DNA from: a virus
Taxonomy: Duplodnaviria; Heunggongvirae; Uroviricota; Caudoviricetes
Reading direction: 5' to 3' (one strand)
IMG/VR virus record: IMGVR_UViG_3300048573_000051
Coordinates: 1 to 15,995 of that record
Length of the DNA: 15,995 nt
The notes under the pieces are model-generated. The model was given only the letters and a program-made list of their open reading frames with translations, did not search any database and was not told where the DNA came from. Of this stretch, positions 5,927 through 13,078 are shown piece after piece; position 1 is the first letter of the stretch, and the number at the start of each line of letters is the position of its first letter. A program made the translations under genes and the position numbers.

Positions 5927-6002
5927 TGGCATATAGCTCAGTTGGTAGAGCGTGAAACTGTTAATTTCAATGTCCGTGGTTCGAGGCCACGTATGCCAGC
6001 CA
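5927..6002 (+). tRNA. tRNA-Asn(GTT)
   Basis: TGGCATA/TATGCCA acceptor, AGCTCAGTTGGTAGAGC D-arm, TGAAA-CTGTTAA-TTTCA, G73, CCA. Confidence 0.95.
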
Positions 6003-6008
6003 AATAGT

Positions 6009-6084
6009 GTATCTGTAGCTCAATTGGCAGAGCATTGGATTCCAAATCCAAGGGTTAGTGGTTCAAGTCCATTCGGGTACGCCA
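6009..6084 (+). tRNA. tRNA-Trp(CCA)
   Basis: GTATCTG/CGGGTAC acceptor, TTGGA-TTCCAAA-TCCAA, GGTTCAAGTCC, G73, CCA. Confidence 0.93.
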
Positions 6085-6089
6085 AATAT

Positions 6090-6180
6090 AGGTGATTGGT
6101 TGAGAGGCCGAAAACAGCGGATTGCTAATCCGTAGGGTAGTAATACTGCCCCGTGCGTTCGAATCGCACATCACCTGCCA
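6090..6180 (+). tRNA. tRNA-Ser(GCT)
   Basis: AGGTGAT/ATCACCT acceptor, GCGGA-TTGCTAA-TCCGT, long variable arm GGGTAG/CTGCCC, TTCGAAT, G73, CCA. Confidence 0.93.
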
Positions 6181-6186
6181 ATAAAA

Positions 6187-6262
6187 CTGAGTGTAGCCTA
6201 GATAGTCAGGCACTTGATTTGGGGTCAAGACCACGGGTATGCGAGTTACCCCATTCAGACCA
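6187..6262 (+). tRNA. tRNA-Pro(TGG) with non-canonical D/T loops
   Basis: CTGAGTG/CATTCAG acceptor, CTTGA-TTTGGGG-TCAAG, T-loop TGCGAGT, A73, CCA. Confidence 0.85.
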
Positions 6263-6319
6263 ATCTTTGTTCTCCATTTGCGAATGGCGAATGCGCTATA
6301 TTAGAATAGCAAATAATTA

Positions 6320-6405
6320 GGATACGTATACCGTTAAGGAGACGGTCTGGTCTGTAAAACCAGCGCCACATGGCTCGTATGGATCGTTACCATAAGTATC
6401 CACCA
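6320..6405 (+). tRNA. tRNA-Tyr(GTA) with atypical T-loop and D-stem
   Basis: GGATAC/GTATCC acceptor, CTGGT-CTGTAAA-ACCAG, variable arm GCC/GGC, T-loop ATCGTTA, A73, CCA. Confidence 0.85.
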
Positions 6406-6409
6406 TAAA

Positions 6410-6666
6410 CCGTTCGAGAGATAGCTTATGCTATTACGGGAAGTAGCAAGGGGTGCGACTTACGCTATAAGTTAAAACGCACACTTACATTAAAGAACTC
6501 TACCTTAGGGTCCGAAGTAGCCTCGGTTTTAGGCGTCCCACGAATCTGTTGCGTGGTAACACGGAGTTTAGAAGCTTCGGGTAAGCACCGCCAAGTGCTT
6601 ACGCAAAGGATACAGCGTACTCATCTGCGGTAGATACGAAAAGGCTACTCGGGAGTCGTAACCCGA
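6410..6666 (+). ncRNA. Candidate large structured RNA between tRNA-Tyr and terS
   Basis: Multiple hairpins; 7-nt loop AGTAGCC (6516-6522) exactly complementary to GGCTACT (6643-6649); no ORF-track entry. Confidence 0.6.
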
Positions 6667-6684
6667 ACTAACACAGGAGAATAT

Positions 6685-7026
6685 ATGTTCGAAAAAGGTA
6701 AATCAGGTAATCCAAACGGTCGTCCTAAACGGTCAGACACTTCGGATAAACCAACTAACCGTGAGCTAAAAGAGCGTGAATTAGTCATGCTACTACGTAA
6801 GATCAAACCTCACGTAGCTGAAGCTATTGTGCAAGCGGCTAACATCATGAAGAACGCAGAAGCCAGTCACCAAAACCAGTTAAAAGCTGCAACTATCCTT
6901 TTGGATAACTATCGCAGATTAACCTTGGACATGTACGATGGCGAAGAGCAAGCCGATGAAGCTGGCGTGGAAGTGCAGCAAAATAATGCAGCAATTTTTA
7001 GCTTGAAAGTTGTTAACGAAGATTGA
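6685..7026 (+). CDS. terS: Probable terminase small subunit
   Basis: N-terminal FEKGKSGNPNGRPK (DUF5681-type motif common in TerS), helical core, SD CAGGAG, position upstream of terL. Confidence 0.7.
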   Translation: MFEKGKSGNPNGRPKRSDTSDKPTNRELKERELVMLLRKIKPHVAEAIVQAANIMKNAEASHQNQLKAATILLDNYRRLTLDMYDGEEQADEAGVEVQQNNAAIFSLKVVNED

Positions 7027-7032
7027 TTTTAT

Positions 7033-7098
7033 ACAACAGCTAGGTTGGCCCACCGAAAAGACGATTACTCACCGTCCTGCTGATTGTTTATTGTGAGT
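7033..7098 (+). promoter_or_regulatory. Candidate structured RNA leader (3-way junction plus pseudoknot) upstream of HNH
   Basis: CAGC/GCTG, TTGG/CCGA and GACG/CGTC stems; loop ACTCAC (7067-7072) complementary to GTGAGT (7093-7098). Confidence 0.55.
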
Positions 7099-7114
7099 TT
7101 CATTGGAGAATGAA

Positions 7115-7603
7115 ATGAAGAATTGCAAACGTTGTAATCAAGAGAAAGACTTATCTGAATTTTACAAAGCGAAAACATCTAAAGATGGTCATCAATCGCA
7201 CTGTAAAGACTGTCATAGTAAAACGAATAGTCAGAGATATTACGAAAAGCATGAAGAAAATCGTGCGCGACTTTCAAAGTATTATTTAGATAACCACGAA
7301 AAAGAAAAAGCTTCTCGTAGGGAGCACTATCAAAAGAACAAATCAACATATCTATTTAACTTTTATAAAAGAGAGTATAGATTAAAAGAGGCTACACCTA
7401 ACTGGTTAACTGCTGAAATGCTGTCTGAAATAAAAGACATTTACGCAAGAAGGCAGGAAATATCTAATGTAGCGGGTGTAGAACATCACGTAGATCACAT
7501 TGTACCAATTCAAGGCATTGATGTTTGCGGTTTGCACGTTCCTTGGAATCTTCAAATATTGACCGCAGAAGAAAACTTAAGGAAAAGTAATAAGTATGAG
7601 TGA
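7115..7603 (+). CDS. HNH endonuclease with N-terminal Zn finger (likely start ATG 7115 rather than TTG 7103)
   Basis: CKRC...CKDC; HHVDHIVP...VCGLHVPWNLQILTAEENLRKSN; GGAG at 7105-7108 lies 6 nt before ATG 7115; 8-nt overlap with terL. Confidence 0.88.
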   Translation: MKNCKRCNQEKDLSEFYKAKTSKDGHQSHCKDCHSKTNSQRYYEKHEENRARLSKYYLDNHEKEKASRREHYQKNKSTYLFNFYKREYRLKEATPNWLTAEMLSEIKDIYARRQEISNVAGVEHHVDHIVPIQGIDVCGLHVPWNLQILTAEENLRKSNKYE

Positions 7604-9065
7604 ACAAATAATTATCGGACCAGCAAGTAAAAAGCAAGAGTTATTTTTAAACAGCGATGCAACGATTACTTTAGCAGGGGGTGCTGCAGGTTCTGGTAAA
7701 ACTTATACTGCTCTTCTTATTGCACTTAAATTTATGCAAAATCCCAGAGCAACTGGAGTTATCTTTCGTAGAACTTCTAAGATGCTAACTGCTCCCGGAT
7801 CAATCTGGCATGAAGCTGTGCATTTGTACACTAGTATTTACCCTAATCTTAGGATTCGATCTAGAGAGCTTGAGTTAATTTTCCCAAATGGTGCATTACT
7901 TAAATTTAGTCACATGCAACATGCAACCAACGCCTTGGATCACAAAGGTGGTCAATACTCGTTGGTAATCTTTGACGAAGCAACAGACTTTGAAGAAGAG
8001 ATGGTCGTTTATTTGCTATCTCGTATGCGTAATGCTTACGTAGATTATAAACCGCAGATGTTTTTAATGACGAACCCCGACTACAATTCATTTTTAAGAG
8101 CTTGGTTAGAAGATTACTATCTAGACCCAAACACGGGTATTCCACTCCCTGAAAAAACAGGGCATAAACGTTATTTCTTTCGTCAAGGCAACACTATGCT
8201 TTGGTATAACAGTTTAGCCGAAGCTGAAGCAGCACATGGTGCAGGAGATGAGTCCGGTATTTCATCGTTTACATTCATTGGTGCAACCTGCCGTGATAAC
8301 CCTCCACTACTTAAAGCACAACCAGATTATATCAGCCGATTGATGTCCCTTCCTCGCGTAGAGAAAGAAAGACTACTTGATGGCTCATGGTTTGCTCGTC
8401 AAGAGTCCGCTGGTCTGTTTAAACGCGAGTGGGTCGGTCTTGTAGATCATGCGAACGGTAGAGCTAGAAAAAGAATTAGAGCTTGGGACTTTGCGTTTAG
8501 TAAACCCTCAGAGCAATATCCTAATCCTGACTGGTCACGAGGTGTTCTAATCTCTAAAGACCCGAACAATCTTTACACAGTAGAAGATGTAGTATCTTTG
8601 CGCGACAGAGTACACGAGGTAGAAAAGCTGGTTTTCGAAACTGCTCTTCGTGACGGTCAAGACGTAACTATCAGTATTCCATTGGACCCTGCTGCAGCCG
8701 CTGGAGCTTACGCTAAAGATTTACAGCGCAAGTTAGCTGAAATGGGTTTTCACGTAAGACTAACAAAACCTGTTAAGTCTAAGATTACTCGTTTTGCTCC
8801 TTTCTCAAGTATAGCACAAGCTGGATTCGTAAACGTAGTAAAAGCTAACTGGAATAAAGATTTCTTTGATGAACTAGAAGTGTTCGATGGTGATCCTAAA
8901 AAGAAAGATGACCAAGTTGATTGCTGCTCAGATGCAATGCTGTTGTTAAATAAAGATACTCAGCTACCAGTATTTTCACTACCAGATTTTACAGGTAGTA
9001 ACCCTTTCGATGGAAGCATCACAGGCTCCAATATTCCTACATTTCAAAGTTCATTAGTTTCATAA
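7596..9065 (+). CDS. terL: Terminase large subunit
   Basis: Walker A GGAAGSGKT, Walker B LVIFDEAT, MTNP coupling motif, RNase H-like nuclease AWDFA...DDQVD. Confidence 0.95.
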   Translation: MSEQIIIGPASKKQELFLNSDATITLAGGAAGSGKTYTALLIALKFMQNPRATGVIFRRTSKMLTAPGSIWHEAVHLYTSIYPNLRIRSRELELIFPNGALLKFSHMQHATNALDHKGGQYSLVIFDEATDFEEEMVVYLLSRMRNAYVDYKPQMFLMTNPDYNSFLRAWLEDYYLDPNTGIPLPEKTGHKRYFFRQGNTMLWYNSLAEAEAAHGAGDESGISSFTFIGATCRDNPPLLKAQPDYISRLMSLPRVEKERLLDGSWFARQESAGLFKREWVGLVDHANGRARKRIRAWDFAFSKPSEQYPNPDWSRGVLISKDPNNLYTVEDVVSLRDRVHEVEKLVFETALRDGQDVTISIPLDPAAAAGAYAKDLQRKLAEMGFHVRLTKPVKSKITRFAPFSSIAQAGFVNVVKANWNKDFFDELEVFDGDPKKKDDQVDCCSDAMLLLNKDTQLPVFSLPDFTGSNPFDGSITGSNIPTFQSSLVS

Positions 9066-9080
9066 TTAAAGGAGCCATTA

Positions 9081-10556
9081 ATGGCGCGTAAATCACAAAA
9101 TAACTCAGTACTAAAAGCCGTAGATGATACGCCAGATCGTTTCAAGTTAAGTGAATCAGGTTATCTTGGTTTAAACGTCTTCAACGGTGTCTCTAACGAT
9201 GAACTCAAAAGAGAATTAAACTTTCCCAATAACGTAAACACCTACAAGCAAATGTCTTATCACGCTACGATTAACTCTGCGTTGACACTGTTTGAAAATA
9301 TCGTTGGTAAGGCAGACTGGAAATTTAAACCCACTAATGACGCTACTCCAGAAGAACTAAAGCAAGCTAAGATCGTTAACGAAATGATGCAAGACTTGAC
9401 AGATCAAACTTGGAGTGAATTTATTTGTGATGCAATGTCTGCCAATATGTATGGGTTTTCTGTGCATGAAAAAGTATACCGCAGACGCTTAAAATCTAAT
9501 GGTTCTAAATACGATGACGGTATCATCGGTTGGAAAAAGCTACCTATTCGCAATCAAGAGACAATCGAAAAGTTTATCTTCAGCGAAGACGGTAATGAAG
9601 TCAAAGGTGTAAAACAAAACCTTTCAGCTATTTCTGATGTATACAATCGTTACTCAAGTCGAACAAATAACGAAGTAATTTTACCTCGTAGCAAGATCAT
9701 GCTGTTTCGTGCAGGTAAACATAAAGGCGATCCTTTTGGTAAATCCATGCTTCGTGATGCATACCTAGCTTGGCGGTTCCTAAGTGTTATTGAAGAGATC
9801 GAAGCTAACGGTGTAGCCAAAGATTTAGCTGGTTTACCAGTACTGAAGTTGCCACCTCAATATCTCTCTTCAGATGCTTCTCCAGATCAAAAAGCAATTC
9901 GCGCTTACTATGAAAACGTAATGCGTAATTTGCAGTTGAATCAACAGTCTGCTTTGATCCTACCACAAGCACACGATCCTGACACAAAGCAACCTCTGTT
10001 TGAACTTGAGTTACTATCTCTAAACGGTAGTAAGGCAATGGATACCTCCAAGATTAAAGAATACTACAAGAACTTAATCTTGACTGCGCTATTTGCTGAT
10101 ATTCTTGTTCTAGGTCAATCTGGTGGTGGCTCTAACGCTTTAGGTCAAGTTAAAAACTCCTTATCTGCTACTGCTGCAGAAGCGATGCTTAAAAAGATTC
10201 GTGATGTAATTAACGATGATTTGATCAAGCAAACTTACGAGTTAAATGGTTGGGATACCTCTCGCATGGGTCACATGGACTTTGACAACCTAGAGATCGA
10301 AGACCTAGAAGCATTCTCCAAAGCTGTTCAGCGTTTCGCTAGTACGTCAGTTCTTGAAGTTGATCGTGCTGTTCTAAATAGAGTACGTGATTCTATTGGT
10401 GTAGATGCACTACCTGATGATGCAGAGCCTAATAAAGATTATCTACCTGAGATGACCTCTCGAAGTGGCGATGGTTTTAAAACTGCAGGTGAAGGTACAG
10501 CAACTTCTCCATCTGGTGCAGATACCAGTTCTGGTAACTTAGAGAATGCTGCGTGA
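9081..10556 (+). CDS. Portal protein
   Basis: 491 aa directly after terL; YGFSVHEKVY, GDPFGKSMLRDAY..W, KDLAGLPVLKLP segments typical of portals; SD AAAGGAG. Confidence 0.85.
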   Translation: MARKSQNNSVLKAVDDTPDRFKLSESGYLGLNVFNGVSNDELKRELNFPNNVNTYKQMSYHATINSALTLFENIVGKADWKFKPTNDATPEELKQAKIVNEMMQDLTDQTWSEFICDAMSANMYGFSVHEKVYRRRLKSNGSKYDDGIIGWKKLPIRNQETIEKFIFSEDGNEVKGVKQNLSAISDVYNRYSSRTNNEVILPRSKIMLFRAGKHKGDPFGKSMLRDAYLAWRFLSVIEEIEANGVAKDLAGLPVLKLPPQYLSSDASPDQKAIRAYYENVMRNLQLNQQSALILPQAHDPDTKQPLFELELLSLNGSKAMDTSKIKEYYKNLILTALFADILVLGQSGGGSNALGQVKNSLSATAAEAMLKKIRDVINDDLIKQTYELNGWDTSRMGHMDFDNLEIEDLEAFSKAVQRFASTSVLEVDRAVLNRVRDSIGVDALPDDAEPNKDYLPEMTSRSGDGFKTAGEGTATSPSGADTSSGNLENAA

Positions 10557-10938
10557 CGAGTTTTGCGAGACAAAGCTCTTGCAGCGTGAACCTGAAAAAG
10601 TAGCTGCAGTTTACTGGTTGCACCTAAAAGATCACACTGACGTTTTCACACAAGGATACGTTGGTGTGACTACTCGATTAATCGATATTCGCTTCAAAGA
10701 GCACTGTCAGAAATTCAGCAGTTCTTACAATCCTTACAATCCGTTGCATTTAGCTTTTGCACAATACGGGTTAGATGCGATTGTAAGAACTCGCTTGTGT
10801 GTATGTGATGTAAACAAAGCGTATGAGATTGAAAAGATATTTCGTCCGTTTGAATACACGGGATGGAACACTGCAGAAGGTGGTAAACTATCTAAAGCTG
10901 CTTATAATAGTATTCGTTTTAAATCTTACTTGAATTAA
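10546..10938 (+). CDS. GIY-YIG endonuclease (catalytic domain only)
   Basis: AVYW...GYVGVT...RFKEH, Glu in AYEIEK, WN..EGG; 11-nt overlap with the portal gene. Confidence 0.8.
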   Translation: MLRDEFCETKLLQREPEKVAAVYWLHLKDHTDVFTQGYVGVTTRLIDIRFKEHCQKFSSSYNPYNPLHLAFAQYGLDAIVRTRLCVCDVNKAYEIEKIFRPFEYTGWNTAEGGKLSKAAYNSIRFKSYLN

Positions 10939-10958
10939 TCTTAATTCTATGATATAAT
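10930..10958 (+). promoter_or_regulatory. sigma70-type promoter for virion accessory genes
   Basis: TTGAAT-17 nt-TATAAT with TGn extension. Confidence 0.65.
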
Positions 10959-10969
10959 AGTCTACAAAT

Positions 10970-11001
10970 ACCCTGAGTTAATCTCAGGGTTATTGTTGTT
11001 T
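10970..11001 (+). terminator. Hairpin (terminator or 5'-stabilising stem)
   Basis: ACCCTGAG-TTAAT-CTCAGGGT then TATTGTTGTTTT (interrupted U-tract). Confidence 0.55.
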
Positions 11002-11015
11002 TAAAAGGAGAGAAT

Positions 11016-12413
11016 ATGCAATGGTCTACAGATAACGTGCCAGAATCAATAAAGAGTAAGTCTTTAAAACTAAAGGAGTTATTTGTAAAGACAGCCAATG
11101 CTTCTCTTGACAAAGGTTTCTCAAAAGAAGAATCAATCTTTGCTGGAACAAACGCAGTAAAAATAGAAGAACGTAAAAATCAACCTGCAAAAGTAAAAGC
11201 ACCTAAGAAGCCTTCGCATGTAGAATCCCTTAGAAGTTACACAAATCCATTTGAGGTTGTATCTAAAGCTGAAATCCCAATTGAAGTACCTACAGTAAAA
11301 GCTGCAGAGTTTGATGCAGAAGGTAGACTTGTTATTCTAATGTCCGATGGTAGACGAGTAGTTACTAAAGGTAAAGCAGTAGAACAGCACATTGATCAAA
11401 GAATTGGTGTAAGTGTAAATCCTGTATTTGATCATATTCAAATGAACACTACTGCAAATTATACCGCAGAAGATTATCTTCCCGGTATGATGACTTGGAA
11501 TGAATTTGAAGATTGTTTAGATATTGTACAATCTGATGGTTCTATATTGCAGGTAGGTCTTGAGCAATACATTGAAGTTATCAACGCAACAGATCAAACC
11601 TTGACAAATGGTTCTGTTGTAAGATTCTCAGGTGTCTCCCTAGACGAAATTCCACAAGCAATGCCTTTGGTCGCAGACGGTAGCACACCACCGTTGTATT
11701 TAATTGGTGTTCTTACCAATAGTATTCTTCCCGGTCAACGTGGACGAGCAACAGTCTTTGGTAAAGTGCGCAATATTGATACTACAGGTGCTTCTGTAGG
11801 AGAATCATGGCAAATTGGTGATTTACTTTATGTACACCCTTTGCAAGCAGGTAAATACACCAAAGTTCAACCCACTGCACCAAACTTAGTTATTTCAGTA
11901 GCTGCAGTATTAAAGGTTGACTCTACACAAGGTAGAATTTTAGTAAGACCTACAATTTTCCCTAGATTGTTTTATGGTACTTTTTCAAGTTCAGCTACAC
12001 AAGCACCTGCGCTAATTAATACACCTTATGCTGTGCATTTTGAAACTACAGAAATTTCAAGTGGTGTTATCATAAATAACTCAAGTAAAGTTACTACACA
12101 ATATTCAGGTTTATACTCTTTTGATTTCAGATTACAATTAACATCTTCAAATTCCTCTCAAAAGAACATATACATATGGACTAGGAAAAATGGTGTAGAT
12201 GTTCCAAAGAGTAATTCTAAGATTACATTGGTGGGTAACGGCATTGAGGTTGTACCTTCTTGGAGTTTTTCTATAAGTATGCAAGCTGGTGATTATTTTG
12301 AGTTAATGTACGCTGCAACAGATATTGCAGTATCAATCAATGCCCCTGCTTCCACCTCCTTTGCACCATCTACACCCTCTGCTACCTTACGTGTAAGTCA
12401 GATTAATCTATAA
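11016..12413 (+). CDS. Multidomain putative virion protein: ChaB-like N-terminus, decoration/cement-like middle, C1q/TNF-like C-terminus
   Basis: W..NVPESIK...LFVKTANASLDKGFSKEESI...AVK (ChaB-like); IGV....I.PG..G..TVFG.V..IDT...GD.LY; YGTF...SGLYSFDFRLQL...W.RKNG.DV...AGDYFELM. Confidence 0.6.
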   Translation: MQWSTDNVPESIKSKSLKLKELFVKTANASLDKGFSKEESIFAGTNAVKIEERKNQPAKVKAPKKPSHVESLRSYTNPFEVVSKAEIPIEVPTVKAAEFDAEGRLVILMSDGRRVVTKGKAVEQHIDQRIGVSVNPVFDHIQMNTTANYTAEDYLPGMMTWNEFEDCLDIVQSDGSILQVGLEQYIEVINATDQTLTNGSVVRFSGVSLDEIPQAMPLVADGSTPPLYLIGVLTNSILPGQRGRATVFGKVRNIDTTGASVGESWQIGDLLYVHPLQAGKYTKVQPTAPNLVISVAAVLKVDSTQGRILVRPTIFPRLFYGTFSSSATQAPALINTPYAVHFETTEISSGVIINNSSKVTTQYSGLYSFDFRLQLTSSNSSQKNIYIWTRKNGVDVPKSNSKITLVGNGIEVVPSWSFSISMQAGDYFELMYAATDIAVSINAPASTSFAPSTPSATLRVSQINL

Positions 12414-12425
12414 TAGGAACAATAA

Positions 12426-12782
12426 ATGCAACCAGCACACATTGATTTGGAAGTCTACAAAGGTTCGACTTTTGTAAAAATTATCCAATGGAAAACAGGC
12501 ATTCCAACAGCAGCGGTTAATCTTACTGGTTGTACTGCTAGAATGCAACTTAGAAAAGCTGTAAATGACACTACCGTATTAGATAATCTTAGTACAGAGA
12601 ATGGTAAAATTGTAATTCATGAACCTCTAAACGGTAAGTTTAAAATTGTCATTCCTGCTGCAGTATCCAGTGCATATACTTTTACCAGTGCAGTTTATGA
12701 CTTGGAAGTCATCTTTACTGATCAAACGGTTACTAGAGTTATCGAAGGCTGCTTAACTGCAGCACCAGAGGTGACACGATGA
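12426..12782 (+). CDS. Virion beta-sandwich adaptor protein (BppU-N/LtfC-like)
   Basis: LEVYKGSTF, VNLTGCTARMQLRK, VYDLEV...VTRVIEG....PEVTR pattern typical of fibre-attachment adaptors. Confidence 0.6.
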   Translation: MQPAHIDLEVYKGSTFVKIIQWKTGIPTAAVNLTGCTARMQLRKAVNDTTVLDNLSTENGKIVIHEPLNGKFKIVIPAAVSSAYTFTSAVYDLEVIFTDQTVTRVIEGCLTAAPEVTR

Positions 12783-13066
12783 CAACAGACGTTATTGTAG
12801 AAACACAATATGATACAATAATTGTAGACGATTCTCAAGATACTGTTTTAGTTGAAACTCCCGGTGAAGTTACAGTTATTACTACAGCCGAGCAAGGTCC
12901 ACCCGGTGCAGACGGTGCATCTGGTATTCAAAAGATTGATGAAGCTTTGGATGTCAATGTATCAAACAAATCAGATGGTTCGGTACTGATCTACTCAAGT
13001 TTAACTCAAAAATGGGTAGCCACAAAAGAACTAACAAACCAGAACATCGAATCTGGACACTATTAA
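12779..13066 (+). CDS. Small fibre-associated protein with short collagen-like segment
   Basis: QGPPGADGASG; LDVNV...DGSVLIY...KWV; ATGA overlap with the upstream gene. Confidence 0.65.
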   Translation: MTTDVIVETQYDTIIVDDSQDTVLVETPGEVTVITTAEQGPPGADGASGIQKIDEALDVNVSNKSDGSVLIYSSLTQKWVATKELTNQNIESGHY

Positions 13067-13078
13067 TTAAGGAAAATT

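Noticed and set aside
7037-7082. Hammerhead ribozyme
   Set aside because: Three-way junction with GAAA, but no CUGANGA core and no NUH site in register.
6410-7603. Group I/II intron carrying the HNH
   Set aside because: terS and terL are intact separate ORFs; no P7 or domain V consensus seen.
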